A DNA stretch of 62,970 nt, the filler included, from Lenisia limosa (taxonomy: Eukaryota; Protista; Breviatea): NCBI GenBank assembly GCA_001655205.1. It is 11 parts of 11 records of this genome, joined end to end, with 100 filler letters (N's around TTAATTAATTAA, not from the genome) between each part and the next. Parts side by side here need not be neighbours in the genome. Positions count along the whole stretch, not along the records: positions 1 to 18,688 come from LPNZ01006405.1; positions 18,789 to 22,119 come from LPNZ01005765.1; positions 22,220 to 25,572 come from LPNZ01009084.1; 8 more parts are not named here. The stretch is one strand, 5' to 3'. The translations under genes and the position numbers were made by a program. The notes beneath the pieces were generated by a model that did not search any database, was not told the origin of the DNA, and was given only the letters and a program-made list of their open reading frames with translations. Of the stretch, positions 11,831-25,200 are shown piece after piece. The stretch's first letter is position 1, and the number at the start of each line of letters is the position of its first letter.

Positions 11831-13987
11831 ATGGGTATGGTGATCAGTTTATAACGATAAAAAACTTACTCATTTAGGTTTGAGCGACCATTTCGCTGGT
11901 ATTCAGCAGCATTATGGAGACTATGGTTTGTTTGACCCTTCTTGGGGATAAATTAACTTACTTAGATACCTACTCTGCTCCCCAGCCAAAGAACCAGTCA
12001 AACCAGCAGCACTACCAACAGCAACAACAGTATTCAAATCGCATGAACCGTCCTGCCCGTCAAGAACTGGACCTTGCCCCTCCTCCCGGTTTCGGTCAGC
12101 AGCAGCAGCGTCAGCGTCGCCCACCCCCTCGCCAGCCTCAGATGTCGCAAGCAGATCGCACCCTAATGGAACTCGGTCGTCAGTACCTTCAGCAGCAGCA
12201 GCAGCAGCAACATCAGATGAGAATGCAGCAACAACAGATGCGCAGTAATGCAGCTCTCCAGACAAGAGGAGGCGGAAGAATGCGTGGCGGACGCGGTGGA
12301 ATCTTAGCTTCACGTGGACGTGGTGGCCGTCCCGCCCCAGTCCAAAGGTTCGAGAAGAAGAGACCAACCAAGATCATACCCAATGTCGTGAAGAAGGGTC
12401 TAAAGTCCCAACAAACTAAGAAGACCGCTGTTAAGGTACATGGGGACTTGTGGACGGGAATTTTCCACTTTTCTCATTTTTGCGATAATAAGAGAGGACA
12501 TTTCTGTCAACTTAAATTGGGATTATGCTCAACTGGTCCTTTTTTGAGCTATTCATCTTAACACCTGCGATTTGCGTTCTTCCTTACTGTCTAAGAGACC
12601 CTTCAACTTGGGTTTGGTGTTTTTATTTTAATTTTGAAAATCATCGTTTCATGACATTTTTTCTTTCTTTCTTGTAATAAACCATCCCCCCTCTCTCTCT
12701 CCCTCACACAACTCTGGAATATGTTTATTGTAGAATAATCTTTTCCAAATGGCTGCAAGAATCTACTGGACCCAATAGAATTGTTTTTTTAAGAAAAAAA
12801 ATTTCGAGGTTAATGCTATTTTTGGTGAATGCTGTCAGAAAAAAGAGAATTCTCATTTCGGTTCGATAAACACTGGTTTATTGAAACTGGTGTTTCTAGG
12901 CCCAAAGAAAGAAATATTTTTGATAAAAAAAACAAAACCTGGTTTCCTTCGTGGGTACATTTTTACAATTTCTGTGGTTTGGATGAAGCGTGGGGCAGGC
13001 GTCTTCTGTGTTGCCTAACTGAAGGAAGTCTTCTTCTCTATGTACCATTTTGCTGCAAGAGCCCTTTGGCGCCATTTTCTGAGGACCAAGAAGGTACACA
13101 TATTAACCTGTTTTAAGGTGCCTAAGAAACCCATCATCTCGAAGCCAAAACTGGACATCGATAACGCACTCCCGACCCCCAGGTCTGACAGAATACCTTC
13201 ACTATAGTATATCATTAGTTTTGCTCAATTGCTCCCCCCCCCCCCTNNNNNNNNNNNNNNNNNNNNNNNNNNNNNNNNNNNNNNNNNNNNNNNNNNNNNN
13301 NNNNNNNNNNNNNNNNNNNNNNNNCAATGATTGTCCCTGCCGCCGCTGCTGCTCGTGGCCGCGGACAGAAGACCCGTGGACGTGGCGGCAAGCAAGCTGG
13401 ACGCAATGCTCCCGAAGCTGCCAAGTCTGAGGGAGGGGAGGTTCATTTTCTAAATTGTTCATTCCCTTTCGGTTTGACCTTTTACCATCGCACCCATTCC
13501 AATACGCTAACCCCACAGGAGAGGCCGTGGAGGGATGCGCGGTCGCGGTGCCAGTCGCGGACGCGGTGTCCGGAATGTCGTTCCCATTAAGGCTGACGAT
13601 CTTGACGACGAGATGGATTCCTATTTCAAGCAAGACCCCCGCAAGGTTTTCGATGAACTTGACAACGACATGGTTTGGACGAGCAAGGCTGGGAAATACA
13701 GGATAAGTCTTGACCTATTTTCCTTGGGAAATCACATAGCAAATCGGTCAAGACTTATCCTGTCACTGTATGTGTAGTCGTTGAATAGTTTTCATTCAGT
13801 GTAGGCCGAATACATGGCCCAAGGAGGAGAAGAGGTCGAGGAAGCCGCCGAAGCTGAATCCCCGGAGCAACCCGAATCAAATGCGGTGCGAGTGGTGATA
13901 TCGTTTTTCAATTAACTTTTACTTTATTGAGAGTTAATGTTCCAGATTGAAGCCGAGACTGAGGAGCTTCCAGATGCCGATGAATAG
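11831..13987 (+). CDS. CHTOP/Friend-of-PRMT1-like (ALY/REF-type export adaptor) Q- and RG-rich protein
   Basis: ATG G|GTATGG start. Poly-Q and RGG boxes at 11968-12435. C-terminal duplicated motif KADDLDDEMDSYF...DELDNDM..YM resembles the FoP duplication (LD.E(L/M)D.Y) motif. TAG at 13987. Confidence 0.65.
13699..13768. mobile_element. Tc1/mariner-type MITE family B, copy 1 (intronic)
   Basis: Inverted repeats GGATAAGTCTTGACC...GGTCAAGACTTATCC; the right end reads GTCACTG|TA. Confidence 0.75.
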
Positions 13988-14235
13988 CTGTACTGGTGTG
14001 TGCGATGTATTTTGATTGTGAAGCGTGGAAACACTTCAACTAAACGATGTCCAGCATGATATNNNNNNNNNNNNNNNNNNNNNNNNNNNNNNNNNNNNNN
14101 NNNNNNNNNNNNNNNNNNNNNNNNNNNNNNNNNNNNNNNNNNNNNNNNNNNNNNNNNNNNNNNNNNNNNNNNNNNNNATTGAACTTTGTTTTTTTCGTTA
14201 TGATTCAGAATTTTCAGTGAAAATGATATACTATA

Positions 14236-15728
14236 TTAGAGAATCACAGGGTTTTTAAAGGTAAGCAAACCATAGCGAAATACCCAAAACTGCAACTGCA
14301 ACAGAGACCTCAAGGAAAAGGAGGTCGCCAAAAGTCCACTAGAAAATGAATGGAAAGTTGGCCTTACCCCAATATCTTCAAGGGTTGTCGTTTCCTTGAT
14401 TCCTTCATCTCTGAATAGTAAGTAGTAAATATAAATGGAGGGGCAGACTTTCACTTACAGGTTGGAGCTATGTAACAGCTGTAATACATGATATGTAATG
14501 CAAATGACGGTTCCAAGTTTACTCTCCAGTGCAACCAGCCCAATGCTCACGGCAGGTTTTTGTTTGTGAGCAAGGTCGGGATGAAATAGAGGTAGGCAGC
14601 AGCAAGCAGAAACAGTATCAATGAGGAGTAAGTCAAACCATGATCCTGAGTGATATGCTGACGTGGTCTCCTGTGTCGTTTACGACAACAAATTATACGT
14701 CAGCCTGGTCCTGATCGCCCATTTTTTAATATTGGTCATTACAGCATCCATGATTTTACCCACAAAGTGATAAAATGCCGCTCTCTTGCTGGAGTCCCTG
14801 GAGATGATACAGGTGTTGGGGACTTGTGGAGGGTCACTGTTTGAACGGTCTAAATACCATGGTTAGTAAATTTGTTAGCTCAAAAACCCAAAAATGTAGC
14901 ACAAGGTTACAATTAAATGATCACCAATACGACATGTTTACATCTGGTTACCCCAATTGTTTTGGGTGCACATGGTTACCCCAACCAAAATTTGCAATCA
15001 AGTGCTCATCCCTAACCGGAGAGGCCAATGGAGAAGATATTTTGGGACTATGTGGTCGTCTGATTGGAGACGGTCTCATGCCTCTAATAACAGGCGAACA
15101 AGTCTACAATATCATAAACTGCATTATGAACTCAAAACAGAAGGCTGCAAATTCAAATTCCACTCCAGGAGGAATATATATATATATCATATATATATAC
15201 TATATATACATTATCTAATATTCTCCAGTTCCACTCTTCAAATTGATTTATATTACTGTTCATGAGCTGCATTGCACATGTACTTAGTTTGTTCACAATA
15301 CCCCCTACCGGCGATTGAACTGTCACCGCCATTGTCCAATAATATCACTCTGATTCGGTGGCCGGAAACTTGAAACTTAGCATAACCAGCAAAATAAAAC
15401 CGAACTTACAGTTATTAAAAGCTTCAGCTTATCAAAGGAGAGGAAATTTGGTTTCAAATGCTGAATGAAGAGTTGAGAGATTTGAAATAACAAAAGGCAA
15501 TCTCAATTTCTAAATTTGACGACCCTGAAGCAACTTTGTTTCGGTAATGTGTGTTATGTGGATATTTTTAGCTGGATTCTGTAACTTATGAAGCTCAAAC
15601 ACATGTGGACCTCGGACTGCTTCATTTTGGCTTCGGTTCTGGCTCACTTGCCTTATTGGGAAACTGGCCTCTCCGACAATTTTTTTCCCGTCGCGGTGAT
15701 CAATTCTGTAACTTTCATTGCGCATCAT
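14236..15728 (-). CDS. Poorly resolved multi-exon hypothetical gene with one predicted TM helix
   Basis: Phase-compatible exons SPIRRPHSPKISSPLASP.., TLHKSPTPVSSPGTPARERHFIT, and LRPRQHITQDHGLTYSSLILFLLAAAYLYFIPTLL with GT/AG borders. Ends are uncertain. Confidence 0.4.
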
Positions 15729-16099
15729 TCACGCAAACACAATACTTGATACAAAGTTGATACAAAGCAAGAGTCAAGAGGAAAATGAGAAGTTCTGTGG
15801 GGACCTTGGGACCAGGGTTTTGTGGTTTTTGTTTCCATTTATACACTCACTCTCTCTTGGTGAGAAGAGGCTGTTTTTTTTTTTTTCTGGAACAAAACAA
15901 GAGTTTCGAATTGGTTTGGTTGAGGCGAAATACCACTAAATAACGGATACATATTTTAAATTGAAGTCATTTCAAGGGCAAGGTCAAGTTGGGTAACATG
16001 GTTGAACACACGAATGATATCTCCAAGCAAATATACATTCATAACAAAATCAGAAAACCTCACCAAAACGCCTTAGACTCATAGAACTAAATTACACTA

Positions 16100-18688
16100 C
16101 TGCTGTACTCCATCCTCTCCTCTGAAACAATTAGTAGTGGGCGATAAATGAAAGAATCAATCACTTTAATCTATAATATACCATACCTGAAGCTTTCAGT
16201 TTCAACACCACGCTTATAAAGGATAACCACAATCCTCCAAACCCACATTCATTAACCACCCTCCGAGCCCGGTTCCGCTGTGGCCTGCTGCCGGATAGTG
16301 GTGATGGCGGCTGAACCACGGGCGCCAAGTCTGCGTCATAATCAACGTGATCACTGAGGTCGTATTCTGCTTCAAATGAAGCTTGTTGCGCGAAATCGCC
16401 TTCTGATGGGTCAGGTAAGGGGTGTTGTGTTTATTTTTGGCAGATAAAAATCCATATCACACCTTTTGTGTCATACTCACCATTGTTGAGACTAAACACA
16501 GTAACCTCGCCATTTCTTCTGCCAGATGGTGGAGGTGACCTGAGGATCTTTCAAAACGGCTTTGTAAAGTGGGACTATAATAATATATCTTGAAATGTCT
16601 ACAAATGATATGTGTTATACTGTATCATATTACATATCAAGAAGTATAATAGTATAATATCACATAGAGTACGATAGTAATTATGATATAGCATATTATA
16701 TTATTATTTTTTTATCAAATAATAATGAAGCATGGTTTGTTTCACCTGTCTTTTCAAAACGGATTAATTCACTAAATACTCGTTCTGCTTTTCAAACCTT
16801 AAAAGCGGCGACACTGGAGCCGTGACCGCTAATGAGGCCATTGGGCCAGATGGTGAGTTTGACGGTGACACTGGCGGCTGTGGGGTGAGTTTCAAATATG
16901 TCAGAAATTTAAAATTAAAAAAGATAGTATCATCACAAGAATACTATACTAAATACAGTGAAATATGCACAAAAATGAGGACAGCAATGAGAATGCACAT
17001 TGTGTTATTATTAAGCTGAGTCATTATTGGAGGGAATACCTTATTGTAATACTACACCCAGCCATCAGCTTTACAACTCAGTGAAGGACTGGTAAAACCA
17101 CCCACCTTCGAGTTCAGACTTGATGCCTGATCGATAACTGTTGACTTGCGAACGGGCATGGGAGAGGGGATAAGAATAGCTTCCATTTCTCTATAGGCCT
17201 GGGAAGGGGTAAGGTATTTTCCATCGAGAAACACCAGATCTCAAATACTCCAGCATCCACCCCCTCCCCCTACCTGTAGATAGTCTGGTTTTGACGTTCG
17301 CCGCCGGGGTCGCTTTTTCGGACTCGCCGCCTGATCGTCATCTTCGTCAATAATCACGCGGGGCTTGGCAGGGACGCGAGCTTTCTGGAACGCCATTAAA
17401 TACCATGGGAGGGGAGGGAGTGGGGAAGTGTAAAAATGATTAAAAACCAAGACAATAATAAACCCAGGGATACCATTCCGCGTTTAGGAGATGTTGGTTG
17501 GCTCCGAGCCTTCTTCGNNNNNNNNNNNNNNNNNNNNNNNNNNNNNNNNNNNNNNNNNNNNNNNNNNNNNNNNNNNNNNNNNNNNGGCAAGTTGGGTGTA
17601 GCTAAAGACGTTACTTCCTAAAAAAAAAAAAGCAAATAGCAGTTTTAGAACATCGCACAAAGTCAACTCTTTTCAACTACGCATCAATTTATATTTTTCA
17701 GATGAAAAAGATATTTTAATTGTATTTTTTTTTAGAATAAGATTTGTTGGCAGTAATATCTCTGTTAAGAATAATAGCAATTAGCACAGGCATCGTAACA
17801 AAAGATAATATAAAAAGGTTTATCCAATTAAAATTTGAGTTCTCTCGTGATACATTCTCAATGCGTTTCGACAAAATGTAACCTCCCCCCCCCCCTCACC
17901 TGATTTTGTGCTTTGGCCTGGAGGAGGATCGGACAGGAGAAGTGACCGGAGCTGATGTCGCACGAGGAGGGGGGGACCTGGCGGTCAGTTTGATAAGAGG
18001 CACCAGTAGACTTGTTTCCGATTGGAGTGATCTTTCCAAATGAACAACACTAACCTGATAAGTGGTATGGATACGATTGGCTTTTCGGTTATGGGTGCTG
18101 GGGCGGACATCGGAGGGGACGGGGGGTTGGTGGACGATAGGACAGAAGGAGGAAGGAGGGGTGCTGGGCTACAGGGGTAAAATTTGAAAATTTATGAACA
18201 AAACCCCAAATTAACTCTGTGAAAAAAAATAATCTATCTGGGCACAATTACCAAAGTAATTCAATCACTATTTTGTATCAGAGCGAAAAAAAGGCTGTCG
18301 TAATAATCTACAGAGCAAAATGTACCGGGGGGAGGAGGGTGAATGGCAAGAATTGTCAGCATTGCGGACATTGGGATTCAGAAAAGAAAGCCCGAGTGCC
18401 ATCATCAAACCAGCGACTGATATGAATGACCCTACCTTGAAGAGTCATCTGAGTCCTGGAGGGGAGGGGTTATTGGACTCATTGCTGCAGTCGCTTGAAG
18501 ACTCGGGATAGGAGCGGGTGATGAGGATTGGTTTGGGCTTTCTGGGGGGAGTGAAACGAAGGAAATTTCGATGATGAATATTGGCGTAAAGGTACTAATC
18601 ACGAATCGAAGTATCAAAATAAAATATTATATTTAAAAATGAGAAAAAAAAAACGTAAGATTCTATTAGTATAATATGGTTTTGGAAG
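16100..18688 (-). CDS. Partial hypothetical low-complexity (S/P/T-rich, basic) protein with an NLS-like motif
   Basis: Exons with GT/AG borders encode KARVPAKPRVIIDEDDDQAASPKKRPRRRTSKPDYLQ and VFLDGKYLTPSQAYREMEAILIPSP. The 5' end is cut by a linker gap. Confidence 0.5.
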
Positions 18689-18732
18689 NNNNNNNNNNNN
18701 NNNNNNNNNNNNNNNNNNNNNNNNNNNNNNNN

Positions 18733-18744
18733 TTAATTAATTAA
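18733..18744. other. Artificial six-frame-stop contig linker TTAATTAATTAA (also at 22164, 25617, 29808, 36350, 37751, 39895, 55426, 57675, 61289)
   Basis: The identical 12-mer is centred in 44+44 N at all ten sites. Confidence 0.95.
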
Positions 18745-18788
18745 NNNNNNNNNNNNNNNNNNNNNNNNNNNNNNNNNNNNNNNNNNNN

Positions 18789-19578
18789 AGCGTATCATTA
18801 AGAACTACAGCAAAGACAAGCTTGTGAATTGGTCAATGAGTGATCTTGATAAGTTCTTCAGAGTGACTCTCTTTATCGTTCACCCCCTTCACATTCTGAT
18901 ATAATACCATTAGAGCTGAATGAGAAGTCTTAATGGAGACTTTGGTACTTCCCCCCAACTTACAGATCTGTCGCGCAACATGCTCCAGTCTCTCGGTGAA
19001 GGTATGCTATTACATCATGGTCTTATCAAAAATATTTATTACAAAATTATCTGTCATTTTATTCAAATAGACTATTACCCTTGACACATGCTTGTTGATT
19101 TGTGCTATATTTCCATGCAATTAGGTGTCAGTATTTCCAGGATTCTCGGGGACAAAGGTTCAAATGTCTTATCATTCTAGATTCCATGGGGGAAATACAA
19201 GCACATTCCAGTTCAAGTTCATGTGAGTGGGATAGCAATGCCCTGGGGGGGGGGCAGTGTATTGGAATGATATTTTCCGGTCAAAATTGCCTTGACAAAT
19301 CTTGGGCTTTATAGAAGCAGTGTATTACTTTTATGATGATATATGGGATGGTACTGCAGCCTTTTTGAGGATTTGAGGAAATGGGTTTTTTTTTGGGTAT
19401 TCGAAGAATTGACCCTTACCAGGCTGATGAGATAAATATATGGATCCGAGAGCCTTCAACGCTAACTGAAAGCGTGTATCTCAGGGAAGAGTAGGCTTTT
19501 GGAGGGGTCATTTTTTGAAATCGTTGCTGTTTTCAGGGCCCGACACAGTTACTGGTTTTGGCATTCGTTCCTAAATAG
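18789..19578 (+). CDS. 3' part of a gene containing a leucine-rich repeat
   Basis: Exon DLSRNMLQSLGE (LRR xLxxNxLxxL), then exons IPWGKYKHIPVQVH, ADEINIWIREPSTLTES and GPTQLLVLAFVPK with TAG. Confidence 0.45.
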
Positions 19579-19779
19579 CAATGTGGTGTTTTTAATAAAC
19601 AAAAAATACAGGCAGTTTCGAATAGGGGTAACACGATGCTCGCTGTCTTTTAATGCCACTCATATCACAGGTTACCCCAGATTTGCCAGATATTTTCGGT
19701 ATTACTGTTTTTTGCTCCACTTTGCCTGAACCTTGTTGTTACAATACAGTAACAAAACAATATTTATCAGGACCTTTTT

Positions 19780-21130
19780 TTGAATGAAGTACCATTGCAA
19801 TTTCCAGTAATTCATTTTGAAGTGGTCTGATCCATCCTGGAATAGGGCGCCGACCTCTGCATTGACCCCAATGCACCCTTCTCCCGCCACACCCGCAACT
19901 GGCCTAATGCTAATGAGCACTCTAAGCATATTGATGACCCCACCCACCACTGACATTCACGTCAATCCACTCGGCATCGCTACGAGAAGTCCTCCATCTA
20001 AATAAGGTCAACCATAGGCTGATCCTGGATGGCAAGGCCCTCTCTCAGTACACTCTCGGCCTCCTTCGGCCGATCGAACCACCCAGCTCTACAACATGCT
20101 TCAAGGTACTTGATGGGAGGTGACATGAAAGATCCTTTCCACATTGTCCCCTCAAACTACAACCGAGTCTGACTCAAGACCCCATCCGGCATCACTGGTC
20201 ACTTCATACGCCTACCAGTGGATTTGAAGGACTGTCCCATCCTCTTCGATCTCATCTCAGTTGTCTCCAACAAGGTTGTCAAGTTCCGTATCATGAACGG
20301 TCGCATTCTAAATGGTGACTACGACCTCAAGCACCACGGCATTTCTCAATACGAACGAGAAGCACTCCAATCCAACCTCCAATCAGGTCTCACAATCGAG
20401 TCATCTCCATTTACTTCGAGGATGTCTTCGGTGCAGCAAAGACCGAACTCATGGAGAAGGACATGCTCACCACTCTCCTCATCACCTGGAGAGAGTTAGG
20501 CATCGGCTATGGTGAGCATAAGGTTGCCTCCCCCACAAGGAGATTCATCTTAGGGGTTTTACTTGACACAATTTCAATGACTGAAACTCTTCAACTTCAA
20601 TGCGGCTCTCAAAAAAGACATTTCCCTCTCCAAACTTCGGTCCATCACCGGCAAGCTCTGGTAACGACTCACGAAGTCCTTGAATGATGAGGTCAGCAAG
20701 AGAACTAAAGATAAGGACAAGTACCCTCTGCCCCTCTCATTTACTTCACGCATCTTCCTCAAATCCTGGATTGACCTCCTCAAGTGCCCCTCTTGGTCCG
20801 GAACTCTCACCCTCGAGTACCCCTCCCAAGTGTCGGACCAGAATGTTCCCATATATAATCACAATTAGATGGTCAGCAAAATATGATACAATGAAAAATC
20901 ATATCCATTTTTTCATTCGTATCATCGTGATAATACATAATACTTAGAACTGATTATTCAGGAGGAACCGAGGCGTTGCCAGATTTGGTGTCAAGGACAA
21001 GCCCATCATTGATGGATGGATCAGAGACCTTAACCACTGCCCCTCAAGACCTCCATTCCTTCGGCTTCCAATGCCCTCGCTGATGCTGCTTTGACTCCGA
21101 GGGCCTAACATGCATTCATTCCAGCCCGAC
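19780..21130 (+). mobile_element. Decayed DIRS/Ngaro-type (tyrosine-recombinase retroelement) RT-RNaseH remnant
   Basis: Intronless region with frameshifts and stops. VDLKD (20218), ISIYFEDVFGAA (YxDD-like), and LGIGYGEHKVASPTRRFILGVLLDTISMT match RT motifs 5-7 (K...Pt...fLGv.lDt..mt). Also W..LL...WSG and IPSASNALAD (RNaseH N..AD). Confidence 0.6.
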
Positions 21131-21349
21131 ATGGCTCTCAATTATCTCCCGCTTTTTTTCTTACTGTATCTCTGTCACTCTCACGATGTATTTAATAATT
21201 TAAGCCCATCTCAAGTTTCATGCTGTATATCCCAATACTCATTCCATTATTAGAAGGGTAGCGGGAAAATATATGTGAATATATGTACAATCACAAGTAC
21301 CAGTCTAGTGTAACCTCATACCTTAGGCAAATTGAGAATGTGCCTCAAG

Positions 21350-21880
21350 CGGGTCAAAAATCCGCAAGCAAAACCTCAGTGTAAAAACGTAGGGATACCT
21401 TATTTTTATATCTTTCGAAAATTTTTGAATTAACGGCGGAATATCGAATTAACGGCGGGATTTCTGCGCCGTAGCATATATGATATAGGTTGGTGGTTAA
21501 AACCGCGAACATGATTAAAACCGCGAACAAGCCAAAAATCGACATAAATCGCTTCAATAGCACCCTTTTTAGTGTGAAATTCGGCAGTTTTGAGTACTAG
21601 ACTATTAATAACATCAAAACAAAGAAATTATGAGCAAAAAGAAGAAAAAAAAGAGGAGATAAAAAAATCGAAAAAAAAGATCTTTTGATCAGAATCGACC
21701 CGGCCGGGGTCACCCAGTTTCCTTTACGCGAAAATATTTTTTGAAACCCCCCTCTTTCAGAATAATAGCATTTTAGAGCCTATTAAAGTGCTCCACTATA
21801 GAAACGCAGATTTTTAAGGAGAATTCGAATCTGAAGTCCATTTTTGGAGAAAATGTAGTGGTTTTGAGGTATTTAAGTCA
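21350..21880. repeat. Putative non-autonomous DNA-element remnant with internal short tandem duplications
   Basis: Non-coding. Contains GAATTAACGGCGG x2 and TTAAAACCGCGAACA x2, and is richer in CpG than its flanks. No termini were identified. Confidence 0.3.
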
Positions 21881-22219
21881 ACTTTTGTAACGGTTTTTTC
21901 AAGAATTTTCCTTGTTCAGTCTCTATAATAGAGCCAATGGACGAAATAGACGTCTGATTAAGGTATATACTGCGTCAATAACCCATTTACCATTCTGGAA
22001 CGGCACAAAAGGTAAGAGTCAAATTCGCTTGATTCATTAACATCTTCTATCATATTTTTGCCCATTTATGGGAAATTTACGCTCATTTTTTGCCCAATTT
22101 GTCTCGTATTCTCTACTTANNNNNNNNNNNNNNNNNNNNNNNNNNNNNNNNNNNNNNNNNNNNTTAATTAATTAANNNNNNNNNNNNNNNNNNNNNNNNN
22201 NNNNNNNNNNNNNNNNNNN

Positions 22220-25200
22220 AGACTCCTGGCGGCATTATGACGGCACGGAAGGTAGGGGATACATTACACATACATTATACGCGTTGAATTGAATCATGTT
22301 TGCTTATCAAAGTTGGTGGAACCTTCACCTACTCCCACAGACGACCAAACAGGATCCATAGCCGTTTTAAGGCGGTGTGCCATTTCGGTTTACTGTATCC
22401 ATGAAGGACGTGAGATTACCTGCTTCTCTGTTCAAGTTGAGAGGGTCGTCACTTTGTTCAAAAAAAAAAAATCCAACTTGCTGCTCTGGGGCTCTTTGAA
22501 GTAAATGATTCGTCGAATTTGGAGTTGTCTTGTTTTNNNNNNNNNNNNNNNNNNNNNNNNNNNNNNNNNNNNNNNNNNNNNNNNNNNNNNNNNNNNNNNN
22601 NNNNNNNNNNNNNNNNNNNNNNNNNNNNNNNNNNNNNNNNNNNNNNNNNNNNNNNNNNNNNNNNNNNNNNNNNNNNNNNNNNNNNNNNNNNNNNNNNNNN
22701 NNNNNNNNNNNNNNNNNNNNNNNCTGCTTTGATCATATCCTAACAGCTGTGGTCTTGGCTCAATTTCTTCCCCTCATAAATTCCCGCTATTGCCTTGATA
22801 TATTGTGGGTTAATAAAGTTTACCTCCGCCCCCTTGTAGATTATGATAGCCTCGGCTACCCCCAGCGACACGCATCACAATGTCCCGAAACTGCAGTGGT
22901 CGATGGGCTGGTGCTCGATCCTGTCAGCATGGTCACGGCCAGTGGCTGCAGTGCCGTCTTTGGAAGATCATACCACGCCCGCAGGCTCTATGTGGCCCGG
23001 CGGAACAGTCGGCATGCACTCCACCGTGCCCTTTTGTAATCTTCCAACACCATCCGATATGACACCTCTTTCTGCCGAGGGCTTTGGACCGCCATCCTCC
23101 CTATCAGTTCATCATGTTGGTTCTTGGTAGCGTCTACCTTACTGCTGGTTTTTATGTTGGTGATGATGAGTATAAATGGGAACAGTCATGACAAGTCTAG
23201 AGTTAAGACACAATTTTTATGTCGAGCTAAACCACAATAAAATGATACACGAAATCAGGGTTACTGGGCTAATTGGTAGCCAGGAGGTACGGGAACTTCA
23301 AGATGTGTGTGTGTCATAATTTTTGTGTTTGGTTTTGTTCGTGGTCACCCACTTTTCAGGCCAAGTTTGTCGTGCGAGCTTGTCCAGCCGGCTTTGTTGA
23401 AGTTTTTCCGTTAAGATCTTGTGAGTACTTATTTGAATTCAATAACACCAATTAATAGTGATCACTGCACTCCACGCACAATCATAACCCAATTTGAATA
23501 TTTAATGAAATAATATATTGATAATAAGATGTTTGTAGATAGTTACCAAGTTCTCTGTACCAAATCCGCTGAATCTCGAAAAGGATCTCATCTTCTCATT
23601 AATCAGCTGACGCCATGTCGGCCAAAGGAATGTGCAAGCGCGAGAAGTCGGCAGTGGTCGTGGTCCAAGCTGAGGACTCGATAATAATGGATCTCAAGGC
23701 CCCCTCTCCGCCTCCTCAACCAAGGTGGCAAGCAACCTTGTCTATCTGGCAGAATTGTTCTGGACTATATGTAATATAGCTATATATATATCGTATACTG
23801 TTTTTTAAATTGATAGTCGGGGAAATTTGCGATAATCTTTGTGGTATTGATATCCAGTCGTTTTGTCTCACGTTCAGCCCGAAAAGTGCCAAATCATCAA
23901 CCCAAACTTCGGCGTCTGCAATCATGTCCGTCCCTTGTTTACAATCCCCCATCTGTGAGCAGGCTTATCATGGGTATTCTCCTCATATACATATGACATA
24001 GCTATTTGTTTCTTATTGAGAATTTTATAAGAGCTGGCTTGCCTTTCATTATTATTGAGGATGAAGCTTTTCATTTATCTCATTATTTACATTTCACCAA
24101 AATCACAGACAAAATCAAACGTGTTTCTTAGATTCAATTCTGATTCTGTAGATCTTGGAGCCTGGGGAGACGGGTGGGCCACCCCACCCCTGGACCCTGG
24201 CGTAAAACAGTCCCTGGCACAGCTAAAGCAAACCCTCCCCCACCAAACGCGATCGCCATCGAGAACGCCTGCACCCCAAGCACCGCAGGCCGTGCCAGCT
24301 GTGGACATACTTGGGTGCGAGGAGTCAATTGCGCCAATTGGCGACAATCGCTCGGTGCCCAGCAAAAATGGCCTGTTGGATAACCCCCGTCCCAAAGAAC
24401 CTTCTGATGGCAAAAAAGGAAGCATGAAGGTTACAGAGCTTGTCAGCCCCAAGTCCGTACCCAAGCCGAACCTGGAGACTCTCGAGAATGCCCTTTCGGA
24501 ATCATCCATTGAACAAAACACCTTATCACCGTCACAACGACAGGTTTGTTGAGCCTTTTGAATTCTTCTGTTTGTTTATTGAAAACAAATGTGCTTTTGC
24601 ATATCAGTGTCTATGATTTCTCTCATACAAATAGCCTCCCACGGTCACATTGAGTCCCAGTCGGAAGCTTGAGAACTCCTCTACATCTCTCCCCGCCATT
24701 TCTCTCACCCCAGCTCCTCCCATACCTAACAGCAAAACGTGGGCGTTGGGATACCCTCTCTATTGTTCCTGAATATTCTGAATTCCTGTTATCCCGCACT
24801 ATTGTTTTTTAAGAATTAATCTTGTACCGTGATAATTATGTATTCATGAGCTTTTCTCTACTTGGTTGCTTATCCACCTAGGGTGTCGTATGCTTCTTTG
24901 TGGCTTGAGGGGCACTCGTCTGTTCTCGCACAGGTGGGATAGACCTTATTATACTTATAGGCATATATCGATATGTAATGTAAAGGAAATGATATAGATA
25001 TATATACATATAATAGTATATTCATCTATTATATTATATCATATAATAGCTGGTATCGTTTTCATGAAGCAGTTTCGCACTTCTTGTTGATTGCTCTTTT
25101 CCTCCCATCATCTCCCAATGTAACATTTCTCTACCCCACCTTCCATACGATATCATTGCAAGATCGAAGAGCCAACTTGTGCTTTAAGAATATTCCATCA

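Noticed and set aside
11914-12561. Alternative genetic code (TAA/TAG = Gln)
   Set aside because: The Gln-rich exon uses only CAA/CAG, and conserved genes end at TAG at the expected position.
12985-13085. C/D box snoRNA in the long intron of the CHTOP-like gene
   Set aside because: The C box is degenerate, there is no terminal stem, and only about 7 nt of recognisable rRNA complementarity.
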